The position numbers were made by a program, and so were the translations under genes. Below are positions 26,425 to 38,654 of a stretch of 64,000 nucleotides of DNA, in pieces; the stretch's first letter is position 1; the number at the start of each line of letters is the position of its first letter. Below the pieces are notes generated by a model. The model saw nothing but the letters and a program-made list of their open reading frames with translations, did no database searches and was not told where the DNA came from. The stretch is from Octopus vulgaris. Its lineage: Eukaryota. The stretch is taken from NCBI GenBank assembly GCA_951406725.2, contig OX597818.1:50902001-50966000 (forward strand). The letters run 5' to 3'.

Positions 26425-26839
26425 AAGACGGCGAGCTGGCAGAATCGTTAGCACGCCGGGCGAAATGCGTAGCCGTATTTCGTCTGCGGTTACGTTCTGA
26501 GTTAAAATTCCGCTGAGGTCGACTTTGCCTTTCATCCTTTCCGGGTTGATAAATTAAGTACCAGTTACGCACTGGAGTTGATGTAATCGACTTGATCTAT
26601 TTGTCTGTCCTTGTCTGTCCCCTCTGTGTTTAGCCCCTTGTGGGTAATAAAGAAATAGGTATTTCGTCTGCCGTTACGTTCTGAGTTCAAATTCCTACGA
26701 GGTCGACTTTGCCTTTCATCCTTTCGGGGTCGATAAATTAAGTACCAGTTACGCACTGGAGTCGATGTAATCGACCTAATCCGTTTGTCTGTCCTTGTTT
26801 GTCCCCTCTGTGTTTAGCCCCTTGTGGGCAGTAAAGAAA
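26425..26839 (+). mobile_element. SINE family E dimer
   Basis: Two ~184-bp units joined at AATAGGT|ATTTCG. Confidence 0.88.
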
Positions 26840-27069
26840 CAGATATTTATTACCCTATGTGAGTATCCGATGTACCCAAAAAGGCGCTGCAACCCAGGAT
26901 AAGAACCACGAATGTAAGTGGAATTTCGAGCTGATAGTCTGGTCGATTCTTGATTTGTGATTTTAGCAATCAGCAGATAGGCAAATATCTTATCCGGTGA
27001 TGGCAAATATCTCATCCAGTAATATGACGAAGGAAAGTTACGCGTCTCTGAAAGCTTGACAATGCAATT
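26836..27069 (+). repeat. ~230-bp dispersed repeat ending in a hammerhead-like motif (copy 1)
   Basis: Near identical to 31714-31943. Ends in ATGACGA-AGGAAAG...CTCT-GAAAGCTT. Confidence 0.75.
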
Positions 27070-27332
27070 TGATTATATAATTTACGTTTCGAAACTAATA
27101 ACCATTCTATGCAAATGAAATGCGTAAAATAGTGTAACTAAATAGTTTATAAATTTCTGGTTTCGTTTGCTTTCTCTCAGTCGCTTTCTCTCTCTATCTC
27201 GCTCTCTCTTTCTCTCTCTCCCCCTCTCTCTCACTCTATCTATCTCTCTGTATATGCATGCTTGTGTTTGTGTACATGCAATCCTACACTCAGACACACA
27301 CATACATACATACATATATGTATGCATGTATG

Positions 27333-27398
<66 letters not shown>

Positions 27399-27438
27399 TA
27401 TATATATATATATATGTACATATATATATATATATATA

Positions 27439-27474
<36 letters not shown>

Positions 27475-28493
27475 TATATATTTTTTTTTCACTGTAAATT
27501 CATTTTGGGTTTACTTTACTGTAAATCCTGCATCTATAATTTCATCCACTAGCAATTCCTAGGCAACTTAATTCTATGGTGAGCAAAAACAAATTCGATA
27601 AATTCATCAAGTTTTTTTTCTCTACGCAAAACAAAATACGCGCTAAACATTATTTTAAGTCGTTTTTTTTTTTTTCGTCTTTTTTTATTATCTTTATTCT
27701 CAGAGTAAATACACTATATTTCATTAACAACGAAAAAATAAATTCAATGATAAAAAAGATTCCATTTTACCATTAGGAATTTTTTTTAGAAATCATGGAG
27801 AAGCAACGAACAGAAGACTCAGTACTAATCGAACTGGTTATCACCACAAAAAAAGGAAAGAAAGATACAAATTGTACGTCATGAATTCAATGCTTCATCA
27901 ATGAATATCAAAAATCACAAAATACTGGATTATTTAAGAGACATTGTTCATAATTTGTCTTTTTATACTGTTTCTTCATCCTCCCAATTTTAGATAATAT
28001 CTTTTTACTGCATTTCTTTCGTTTGTGATTCTATTTTGAAAATAATCTTCGTTATATTCTTTTTCGTGTATAAGTTTTTACTTATTATTTTCGTCTTCGA
28101 ATTTCTTATTTTGTTAAGGAAATGTGATGGTTTTACTGTAAGAATAAAAACTTTAAATAATTTCTAATGTATATATTCTACAGATAAATTCTATGGCGAT
28201 AAATTTATCGACAATGTATTCGCTTGCGCTATAATGTTCTTTATCTTAACCTTGTTTAATTGCCATTGTCGACAGCGGTCTCTGTAGTTCTGTGTCCACT
28301 GCAAGGCAAACAAAAGAAAGGCCGTCTTCCGAGACGTAATGCTGGTCGTTATCTGCTCTCGTATTTGCACTTTGATGTTCTCACTTTGAGCATAGGTATT
28401 AGAACTTTTCGCTCGGAATAATCACTGAAAGAAGAAAGCAGTTAATGTACAGAGATATACTAAGACAGAAGCAGTGCGTATGTACTGGAACGA

Positions 28494-28557
<64 letters not shown>

Positions 28558-28847
28558 GGTGGGGTAAGACAAGAATTATTGTAATGAAAAGTTGGATAAA
28601 TAGATGAGTGAGGTATTGAAAGCGGGATGAAAGAAGAGAGGGGTTAAGTAAGGATGTGTGTGAATGAGTCAATAAAAATAGTGGACTGCTTGATGGGGTT
28701 TAAAAACAAAAGTAACTGAAAGAAGACAACGTGAAACACGAAAAGAAAATGGAGGTAAGTTTCAAACAAAATGATTTTTACTTGTAACTTTCTGGGAGAA
28801 GTTATGAGTAAACCCCATAATTTTGAATGAAAACTACACTAATATAT

Positions 28848-29311
28848 ATTGGTTGGCATCCTTTTTGTCTCGGGAGACGATGGAGTTGCGCATACAATAA
28901 TCTAGTCTGGCTTTTACATTTCATGTCCTAATACATTTCCTGCTGTAGCGTAGCTGTGTAGTCCTATCCTGGACAAACACTCCCTCTGGCAGGTGCCGCA
29001 AATGTAGCGAAGACTGTTCCTGGCTTGTTGACGTCTTTTCTTGTCTTTCTATTTCTCCTCTCTCTCTCTCTCTCTCTGTCACTCCTTTGTATTCCCTCTC
29101 TTACGGTACGTCGCCAAACTCCACGGTTGCTGGCAACTGCTTCCCAATTGCTAATATTGATGTTGCAGGCCTTCATGTCACTTTTGCAAACATCCTTGTA
29201 ACGTAGGAACGGTCTTCCCACAGACCTAGTACCCCTAGCAAGCTCTCCGTAGATTATGTCCTTGGGGGTTCTGCCATCTTTCATACGGCTATCATGCCCA
29301 AGCCATCTCAT
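28848..29311 (-). mobile_element. 3' fragment of an RTE-clade LINE
   Basis: MRWLGHDSRMKDGRTPKDIIYGEL..GTRSVGRPFLRYKD, then C..C..SRIGLHS and a 3' UTR ATCGTCTCCCGAGAC..GGATGCC. Confidence 0.88.
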
Positions 29312-29359
29312 TATTTTAGAGGTCTATGTAGTCACAAGCAGACACAAACACTATATCTT

Positions 29360-29527
29360 CTTAATCCTTTTTGCCCCTTGTGGAGCATAGGGCCTCAACA
29401 GTTGTTTTCCACTTTTTACGGTCATTGGCGTGTTTCTTGGCTGCTTCCTGAGTGGTCCTGAGCTCGTCCTAAGCTCGTCCAAAATGCTCCGCTTCTATGT
29501 CTGCTTCAGGCGTCCTCGCTTCCTTAA
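29360..29527 (-). mobile_element. Short 3' fragment of a second RTE-like LINE
   Basis: Minus strand reads RKRGRLKQT...AAKKHANDRKKWKTTVEALCSTRG, a typical RTE C-terminus. Confidence 0.55.
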
Positions 29528-29734
29528 ACACTATGTAAGGCACCCTTTTCCAATCTGATAATCAAGAACTTGAAATTCGGATAACTAAATTTGAGATTTG
29601 AGGTGCTTGCTACAATAACTATAAACAACTTTTACTCTTTGGCATCGAGTACTGTTTTTAACACCTTGTCTGTAGTTACGTATACTACCCACACACTCGC
29701 GTGCCTCTGACACATGTTTTCTTATAATTCCTTC

Positions 29735-30105
29735 AGGCAGCGAGATTCAGAACCGTTAGTGCATTGAACAAAATGCTTATTCGCTTTTCTTCCGACTTTT
29801 ATATTCTGAGTTCAAATACTGTGTGGTGGGGTCAACTTCGCTTTCATCCATTCGGTGTTAAAAAATAAGAATCAGTCGAGCACTGGGACCAATGTAATCG
29901 ACAAGTCCTTCTCCAAAATGTCAGGCCTTGTGCCTATAATGGAAAAAATATTCGGTTTTACGTTCTGAGCGGAAATGACGCCGATGTCGCTTTGCTTTCA
30001 TCCTTTCGGGATCGAGGAAATAAATACAGTTAAGCACTGGATTCTATGTAATTGACTTCCCCACACCCTAAAACTTCAAGTTTTGTCCCTATAGTAGAAA
30101 GGATA
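29735..30105 (+). mobile_element. Old diverged SINE family E dimer
   Basis: Degenerate family E cores. Confidence 0.6.
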
Positions 30106-30112
30106 GTTGTTG

Positions 30113-30179
<67 letters not shown>

Positions 30180-30729
30180 CGAGTGAGAGAGCAGTGCACG
30201 CCATCAAAGTGACTCAAAAGTAAAATATACGAAGCCCAGTATACCTATCATGACTACTCGTCTTATAAGGGTACACCAGACACATGCATCACAACCATAT
30301 GTCCGCGACATGGGGATCTTATGTCAAGATTAATAGCGCATGACCTTGCAGATGGGGCACCAGGTCGAGAAGCCCATCCCGCTTAAAAGGTCCCTGAATA
30401 AGGGTTACTTAAGGATGTTGAACGAAACACCCATGTTTCCAGAGGTGAATTGTCCTAACTTCAAAGAATTCCTCTTAACACATAACTATGATGCCTCGCC
30501 CCCCCACTACTTCTGCTTGAGATCAGAGATGCACATATCGTCAGCCACCAAGGGGCATGCTCAACTGTTTATGGTCGAACAACTAACAAACAAATCTGTT
30601 GTATGGAGCAGAATATTTGCTGTAGCCCATCTTTTATACCAAAACAAAACAATGTACATGATAACACTTTCAATCAGTTAAGATGAAAAGCCATGAGAGC
30701 CACTACCTGGTACTGCATCAGGGCATTTA

Positions 30730-30730
<1 letters not shown>
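30180..30730. mobile_element. ~550-bp non-coding interspersed element inserted in (TAT)n (copy 1)
   Basis: Collinear with 45496-46033. Both copies are flanked by TAT/TAA triplet repeats. Confidence 0.8.
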
Positions 30731-30781
<51 letters not shown>

Positions 30782-30782
<1 letters not shown>

Positions 30783-31712
30783 TTATGTTTGACTTTTGCT
30801 TTGTATTTGTACAATTTAGCTACAAGTCTCATCCAGAGACCTCAAGAGACAACAAGTTAGAAGTTCGTGTTGGTGTTATGACTAGAGTGTTATATATTTG
30901 GTTTTGTACGTAGTGTTGTTCTGCAGAATGTTTAAGAAACCATAAGAAAATTATGTGTTTGTTTTAAAATTTGAGATTACTTAGTATTTTACGTAGGATG
31001 TGGGCAGTTCCCATGAGCACTATCTTTTGAGTTTCTGCCATTTTGGGGGTTTCCTGATATCTGAGTTAGGTAGGAATCAGCCCATTTTGCTATCATTCCT
31101 ATAGCTACTATGACAACAGATATTGTTTTAGTCTTGAGGTTCCACAATTTTCTAATTTCTATTTCAAGGTCTTTATACTTGCTCAGTTTTTGGTAGGTCT
31201 TGACTGATACATTTATGTCGATTGGGATAATCATATCAATGAGAGGCATGATTTTTGTTTGGACTATTCGCATTTATCTTTCTGTCAGTTTCTATGGTGA
31301 AATTCCAGAGGAGTGAGATGTGGTTATTTTCAAGCACTGGAAGTGGTTTGTGTTCCCACCAGTTTTTATTATGGGGCAGGTCCAAGTTTTTGCAAATTAC
31401 CCAGTAAATATATTGTGCTGCTCTATCATGCCTATTGAGATACTCTGTAGGCGCAAGAAGACTGCGCATGGAGACAACATGATCAATGGTTTCATTTTGT
31501 TATTGTAATTCACGACATGTTGGGCTACTTCCCTTCTTTGATATGTTGGCCTGGTAGTTCCTTGTAGGCAGGCATTGATCTTGTGCTGCCATGATAAACC
31601 CCTTCTGTTTTTGATTTTAAGCCAGAAGACACTAACCATTGATGGGTAAGGGCATTATTCTCTCTCTCTTTTGGTATTTGCCATTGAGAGGGTTTTTTGC
31701 CATTTATCATAA
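30782..31712 (-). mobile_element. 3' fragment of an R4/Dong-clade LINE (CCHC plus RLE domain)
   Basis: QDQCLPTRNY...ETIDHV..LAPTEYLNRHDRAAQYIYW..ISLLWNFTIETDRKI..IDM..KLSKYKDLEIEI. The 3' end abuts (TAA)n. Confidence 0.85.
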
Positions 31713-31713
31713 T

Positions 31714-31943
31714 GAAACAGATATTTATTACCCTATGTGAGCACCCGATGTACCCAAATAGGCGCTGCAACCCAAGATAGGAACCACTAAAATGGAATTT
31801 CGAGCTGATAGTCTGGTCGATTCTTGATTTGTGATTTTAGAAATCAGCAGATAAGCAAATATCTTATCCGGTGTTGGCAAATATCTCATCCAGTAATATG
31901 ACGAAGGAAAGTTACGCGTCTCTGAAAGCTTGACAATGCAATT
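31714..31943 (+). repeat. ~230-bp dispersed repeat ending in a hammerhead-like motif (copy 2)
   Basis: Near identical to 26836-27069. Confidence 0.75.
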
Positions 31944-31950
31944 ATATTTA

Positions 31951-32327
31951 AGGCGTGGTAAGTAGCTTGCTTACCAACCACATGGTTCCGGGTTCAGTCC
32001 CACTGCGTGGCATCTTAGGCAAGTATCTTCTACTATAGCCTCGGGCCAACCAAAACCTTGTGAGTGGATTTGGTAGACGGAAACTGAAAGAAGCCCGTCG
32101 TATATATGTATGTATATATATATGTGTGGATGTGTATGTTTGTCCCCCTAGCATTGCTTGACAACCGATGATGGTGTGTTTACCTCCCCGTCACTTAGCG
32201 GTTCGGCAAAAGAGACCGATAGAATAAGTACTGGGCTTACAAAGAATAAGTCCTGGGGGCGATTTGCTCGACTAAAGGCGGTGCTCCAGCATGGCCGCAG
32301 TCAAATGACTGAAACAAGTAAAAGAGT
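31951..32327 (+). mobile_element. SINE family A
   Basis: Identity to family A. Confidence 0.88.
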
Positions 32328-32985
32328 TTTAGCACGGGTTTTCATACGCGTAGTCCCAACATAGCCCTCCTTGCATAACTGGAATATACGAAAGTTTTGA
32401 AGGTGGCACGAAATTCATAACATACTTAACACTGCACCCCTGAGATTAATCCTTGAACATCTGTTCCTTTTTATCATTTTTTATCAGCCATCTAGGGTCA
32501 CATTTTCTAATGAATGTGTCCTTCGCTTTTTATTTAGACATTAAGGTATAACCGAGAGTGTATCTGGTTGCTTTTCATCAAAGCTCAAATAATGTCAAGA
32601 CTAGTGGCAACGAAAGGCGAATTACGTATCACATTATTTTCACCTACAATTCATAACTGCCAACAATAACTGTCACCACATTCATTTCTTCCAGAAGATA
32701 AAACCGACTAAGTTGTAAATCATCGATAAAGCTAAGAAACTTCTGTTTTCAGACAATAACATAAAGAAGTTTAAGAAATAAAAGACATTATTGATAAATG
32801 TGTTAAAACTGGAAATTTATGCGTGTTTTCAATAATATAATTAAATAGAAAGAAACGCGATTTAGTGTGTACTCACTAAGTTAAACACTCACACATATAC
32901 GCACACACATACATATGTATATATATATACACACATATACATACGCATATATATACACCCATAATACGAGTGTGTATGTATGTAC

Positions 32986-33032
<47 letters not shown>

Positions 33033-33042
33033 CATATACAAT

Positions 33043-33255
33043 GTTAACCCAAACATGAAAACACAAAGAGAAAACACAACAATGCGAGGACGTGGAACAA
33101 GTATAGTATTATTGGACGCTCAGGAAAGGAAAGAAAGAAGGAGGATTTAACGTTTCGAGCGGAGCTCTTCGTCAGAAACATAGAAAAAGGAAAGATCCAA
33201 GGAAGGGAAGACGGAGGGAAAAAAATCGCCAACGATACACACGCGGTCACATATT
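33043..33255 (-). mobile_element. Penelope-like terminal fragment with hammerhead motif (family H1)
   Basis: Minus strand 33178-33146: TTT-CTGACGA-A-GAGC-TCC-GCTC-GAAA-CG-TT-AAA. Both ends abut (TA)n. Homologous to 35191-35400. Confidence 0.7.
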
Positions 33256-33292
33256 GAAAATCTACATATATATATATATATATACATACACA

Positions 33293-33612
33293 AAGGTGGC
33301 TTACTGGTTAGGGTATTAGGATATTCGATTGACTATCATTCGGTCATGTGTTCGATTCCAGACTGCGTGTTACGTCCTTGAGCAAGACACTTCATTTCAG
33401 GTTGCTCCAGTCCACTCGCTTGTCAGAAATGAGTTGTACCTGTATTTCAAAGACCCAACCTTGCTAAATTCTGTCTCACGCTGAACCCACAGGGATCTAC
33501 GTTAAGGGTACGTGAGTCTATGGAGTGCTCAGCCACTAGAACTTTGATTTCACGATCAAGGCTGTGTTGTTTATCAGATCAACTGGAACAATGATCGTAA
33601 CCAATGGAGTGA
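33293..33612 (+). mobile_element. SINE family C, diverged
   Basis: Similarity to 20001-20322. Confidence 0.7.
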
Positions 33613-33717
33613 CATTTGTATATGTATATATATATGTATAATTAATTGATTAATTAATTAATTACGTATGTATGAGTTTATGGACTCAGGAAAGGCTCAA
33701 TAGTAAGAGGAGAGCAT

Positions 33718-34097
33718 ACCTATTTCTTTACTACCCACAAGGTGCTAAACACAGAGGGGACAAACAAGGACGGACAAACGGATTAAGTCGATTATATCGA
33801 CCCCAGTGCGTAACTGATACTTATTTAATCGAGCCCGAAAGGATGAAAGGCAAAGTCGACCGCGGCGGAATTTGAACACAGAACGTAGCGGCAGACGGAA
33901 TATCTATTTCTTTACTACTCACAAGGGGCTAAACACAGAGAGGACAAACAAGGACAGACAAACGGATTAAGTCGATTATATCGACCCCAGTGCGTAACTG
34001 GTACTTAATTTATCGACCCCAAAAGGATAAAAGGCAAAGTCGACCTCGGCGGAATTTGAGCTCAGAACACAAAGACAGATGAAATGCCGCTAAGCAT
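33718..34097 (-). mobile_element. SINE family E dimer
   Basis: Two family E units on the minus strand. Confidence 0.85.
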
Positions 34098-34377
34098 GAT
34101 ATCTTGTGGTTTTGTGAGTAAAACTCGGTAGAAGGAAACTGATTACAAGGGTCGGCTGAAATGTTTGTAGTCTCACCAATTTACTCACGTGGAATGTGAC
34201 CAAATGGGGTTTACTTTTCAACATAACCCTCCTTGCAGTCGACACACTACTTCCATCCGTATCACAGTGCTTGGATTTCAATTGCAAAGAACCTTTCATC
34301 CTGTTGAGCAAAAAAGTCATCCACAGCAGATATGGTGTCATCACCACTGCGATACTCGGTCCCTGAGTGTTTTTATA

Positions 34378-34762
34378 TACTCTTACTCTCTTTTACTTGT
34401 TTCAGTCATTTGACTGTGGCCATGCTGGAGCACCACCATTAGTCGAGCAAATCGACCCCAGGACTTATTCTTTGTAAACTTGGTACTTATTCTATCGGTT
34501 TCTTTTGCTAAGTTACGTGGAGGTAAACACACCATCACTGGTTGTCAAGCAATGTTGCGGGGACAAACACACACACAAACACACACATATATATACATAT
34601 ACATATATACGACGGGCTTCTTTCAGTTTCCGTCTACCAAATCCACTCACAAGGCTTTGGTCAGCCCGAGGCTATAGTAGAAGATACTTGCCCAAGGTGC
34701 CACGCAGTGGGACTGAACCCGGAATCATGTGGTTGGTAAGCAAGCTACTTACCACACAGCCA
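34378..34762 (-). mobile_element. SINE family A
   Basis: Identity to family A. Confidence 0.88.
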
Positions 34763-34787
34763 GTGGGCAAATGATATACATATATAG

Positions 34788-34975
34788 AGATGGGACCAAA
34801 TCGGGAGAATAGGGACGGCGATCAACCAGTTCAAAGCCACAGTCACGCAGCGCAACCATTGAAAGCAACGATTTGTATGCAGGAGCATTGTCCTGATGAA
34901 ACAAGACCCCTTTTGTCAGTTTTCTTGAGGGTGTGGTCTTGATAGCTTTTCGTAACTGCCTAAGAAAGTACTGCA
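34788..34975 (-). mobile_element. Mariner transposase fragment (different family from 1101-1665)
   Basis: Minus strand encodes VLFHQDNAPAYKS...RDCGFELVDRRPYSPDLVPS, the second catalytic D plus the YSPDL motif. Confidence 0.75.
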
Positions 34976-35190
34976 GCTTCCGGCGCGAATGTCAAGCTGT
35001 ACAGCATATCGTTTCCAAATTTCTGGCAGAGTGTATGGCGTCATGGAGCTGTTTTTCTCCCAGACGGTGCCCAACTGACCCTACTATACTGTGTAGTCTA
35101 CAAAATCAAAAACAAATAATGCGCATGCTCGAAATAAAAATATAAAATGGTGACAATTTTCTCATCGCAACCCGTATATATATATATATA

Positions 35191-35395
35191 AAATGTGACC
35201 TCGTGTGTACCGTTGGCGATTTTTTTTCCTCTGTCTTCCCTTCTCTGGAACTTTCCTTCTCCTATGTTTCCGACGAAGAGCTCCGCTCGAAATGTTAAAC
35301 CCTCCTTCTTTCCTTCTTTCCTAAACGTCCAATAATACTATATTTGTTCCACGTCCTCGCGTTGTTGTGTTTTTTGTGCTTTCTTGTTTGGATTA

Positions 35396-35400
<5 letters not shown>
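35191..35400 (+). mobile_element. Penelope-like terminal fragment with hammerhead motif (family H1)
   Basis: 35267-35299: TTT-CCGACGA-A-GAGC-TCC-GCTC-GAAA-TG-TT-AAA. Flanked by (TA)n on both sides. Confidence 0.68.
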
Positions 35401-35421
<21 letters not shown>

Positions 35422-35433
<12 letters not shown>

Positions 35434-35675
35434 AATAAGGTACTCAGAAATCTGGAAGGTTGTACATTTACAGATTTTTATTAATATGTCACATGTTTTT
35501 ATAAATCATATATTACCGCTTGCATCTACTCTAGTAGATTCTTCAGATTTGAAGAATCTACTAGAGTAGATGCAAACGCTATCATATATTTTATAAAAAC
35601 ATGTGACATATTAATAAAAATCTGTAAATGTACAACCATCCAGATTTCTGAGTACCTTATTTTTTCTAATATATA
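35422..35675. repeat. Long inverted repeat (~122-bp arms, ~4-bp loop) between (TA)n tracts
   Basis: Arms meet at GATTCTTCA-GATT-TGAAGAATC. Confidence 0.92.
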
Positions 35676-35735
35676 ATACCAGTACATCACCTCCAAACCT
35701 TCTATTATATATATATATGCATATACATGCATGTG

Positions 35736-35790
<55 letters not shown>

Positions 35791-36343
35791 GTGTGTATGT
35801 ATGTATGTATGTATGTATTGAAGTATGTGTGTATGTATGTGGGTGTTGGCGTGTGGGCACACAATTCGATTTCCGTTTGCGAGTATTTCATGACCCATAC
35901 TTCTTGTTCAATCCAAACGACAATTATTGACTATGTATAGGATTTTTCTGTAAAAGAACTTGATCCCGAGTGATCAAAGGCTGTATTGAAGTTTACTGAC
36001 CTCGGAAAATCTGTATCTACATCTATCTGCCTATCAGTATAAATATATACATACATACAAATGGAAATATATGCATATAGATATATATGCAGATTAGACA
36101 GATATATATACAGACATATGAACACACACACACATATGTATATATGTATGTATATATGCATATGTATATATGTATGTATATATACATATATGTATATATG
36201 CATATCGGTTTCAAATTTTGGCACAAGGCCAGCAACTTCGTGAAATGGGTTAAGTTAATTACATCGACCCCAGTGCTCAGCTTGTATTTCTTTTTCCTTC
36301 CTGTCTTTCTCTCTCTCTCACACACACACACACTCTCTCTCTC

Positions 36344-36381
<38 letters not shown>

Positions 36382-37049
36382 TGTATATATATATATATAT
36401 ATATTTATAGTGGTTTCAAATTTTTGCACAATTCGATTACCTCGACCCTAGCGCTCAACTAGTACTTATTTTTCGACCTTGAAAGGATTAAAGGCGAAGT
36501 CGACTTCAGCAGAGCTTGAACTCAGAACGTCAAGACGGGTCGAAATGCAGCTAAGCAATTAGGCATTTTGTCCGATGCTATCATCTCGCCTTATATATAT
36601 ATATATATATATATATCAGTTAAAATTGAGGATAAAATCTATATAAGATTTTATCAAGTAGCCAGCGTGTAAGACCAATTAAGGTAAAAATTAATACGAA
36701 GTATATAATTTTATAAATATACTTATAAAATTATTGAAAGAGCAATTACGAGAGGTAATGCCACAGGCTGAAAGAAGGCACCAAATATCTCTTAAGCTAC
36801 TTTATCATATATACTCTGTAACTGAAACCGGAATAATGTACAAAAAGATTTTTTTGAAAAACTTTACTCATATATCGAACGATTTCAAGGTTAGTGAAGT
36901 AATACACTCTCCTATCATCAGTATGAAATAACCACAAATACATAAATATAATAAAAATTTTATACCTGCCATACGAACACAACGTATCCACAGAACATAT
37001 ACAAATGTTCACACTTATATACAAGAAATCTCTAGTGACACTTTTATTG

Positions 37050-37092
37050 ATATAGCTGAAGAGACCCAAAACAGGTCGAAACATGTGTTGCA
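37050..37092 (+). ncRNA. Hammerhead-like motif
   Basis: CTGAAGA-GACC-CAAAACA-GGTC-GAAA-CATGT, followed by AATAAA. Stem I is not convincing. Confidence 0.5.
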
Positions 37093-37368
37093 CCCAATAA
37101 AGTCTATTACACATTCCTTCTCCAATTTTATTAATACTGTTACCCGAACCGCTACTACGAAGTTCCTGCAGTAAATCTACAATGGGTAATTGAAACGGTG
37201 CCGGTGCTTTGGTCATCATCCATTCTTGCATTTTGTACAATTTCTCTATTGTATATCTATATTAAAAGCCCTATTGGACAGCATGATACAGAGACCGTGA
37301 ATTCATGAGTAATAGAGAAAGCGATCGCTGGGGAATACAGTGAGGAAACACAAGACAATATAAATGTT

Positions 37369-37409
<41 letters not shown>

Positions 37410-37615
37410 GAATATATGTTGCGTCATTACAGAGCATAATACTAATCAATAAATAGATAAAAAAATACTGGGACAACCCAATAGTTTTCATCATTAATTT
37501 AATCTTGTTTCGAGCTAATATGCAGTTCCCTGTAGAAAAAACAGCTGCAAGACAATGAATGCGGATATGCGACTCGTTTTCTGTTGCAAGTATATATTAA
37601 TTGAAATACATATAA

Positions 37616-37659
<44 letters not shown>

Positions 37660-37663
<4 letters not shown>

Positions 37664-37800
37664 AGAGTTCACGAAAAAAAAAACAACAAAAAACGAAGAC
37701 AGGTGGTGTACAAAACAAACAGATGTATTAGTATAACGCTCAGGAATAGAAAAAGTATTTTACGTTTCGAGCCTACGCTCTTCTACAGAAGGGACACAGA
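37660..37800 (-). mobile_element. H1-related Penelope-like fragment with degenerate hammerhead
   Basis: Minus strand: CTGTAGA-A-GAGC-GTAG-GCTC-GAAA-CG-TA. The 3' end abuts (TA)n. Confidence 0.55.
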
Positions 37801-37837
37801 ACCAAGGCTGTGTAGATATTAAAACATTTATAGATAG

Positions 37838-37890
37838 GTTTTACAGCTGTTTCCAGGATATTTATTAATTATATCCCTTCATCGGAGACG
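37838..37890 (-). ncRNA. Hammerhead-like motif (U4C core)
   Basis: CCGATGA-AG-GGATAT-AATTAATAA-ATATCC-TG-GAAA-CAGCTG-TA, with palindromic stem III ACAGCTGT. Confidence 0.6.
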
Positions 37891-38170
37891 GTGTGAGAGG
37901 ATGGTTAAGTAATATTTAGTTTAGATAGGATACAAAATAGAGAATGAGGTGGAGGAAAGAAAATAGATGTGAGATATGTAGGGATATTGAATTTATAGAT
38001 CCATTTTTTAGGCAGAATGGTATATATGTAAGATTATATATATATATATATATAAGGTGAGTATAGTTAGCAGCTGTAGTAACCGACTAAGGGATAAAAA
38101 TACCCGTATCTACTATCGGCATCAGTTACCTGTGCTATCCCTGGCCATGGGTATGCAGGCACACTATGCT

Positions 38171-38495
38171 TGTGGAAGCACTCCGTCGGTTACGACGATG
38201 AGGGTTCCGGTTGATCCGAATCAACGGAACAGCCTGCTCGTGAAATTAACGTGTAAGTGGCTGAGCACTCCACAGACACGTGCACCCTTAACGTAGTTCT
38301 CGGGGATATTCAGCGTGACACAGAGAGTGACAAGGCCGGCCCTTTGAAATACAGGTACAACAGAAACAGGAAGTAAGAGTGAGAGAAAGTTGTGGTGAAA
38401 GAGTACAGCAGGGATCACCACCATCCCCTGCCGGAGCCTCATGGAGCTTTAGGTGTTTTCGCTCAATAAACACTCACAACGCCCGGTCTGGGAAT
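38171..38495 (-). mobile_element. SINE family B (5'-truncated), fused to a family A fragment at 38496-38778
   Basis: Identity to families B and A. Confidence 0.85.
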
Positions 38496-38583
38496 CTTTT
38501 GCCGAACCGCTATGTTACGGGGACGTAAACACACCAGCATCGGTTGCCAAGCGATGGTGAGGAATAAAAACCGACACACAAAG

Positions 38584-38654
<71 letters not shown>

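Noticed and set aside
28725-28760. Strong GAG|GTAAGT donor as a possible NCX exon end
   Set aside because: No clear acceptor or NCX-like peptide upstream.
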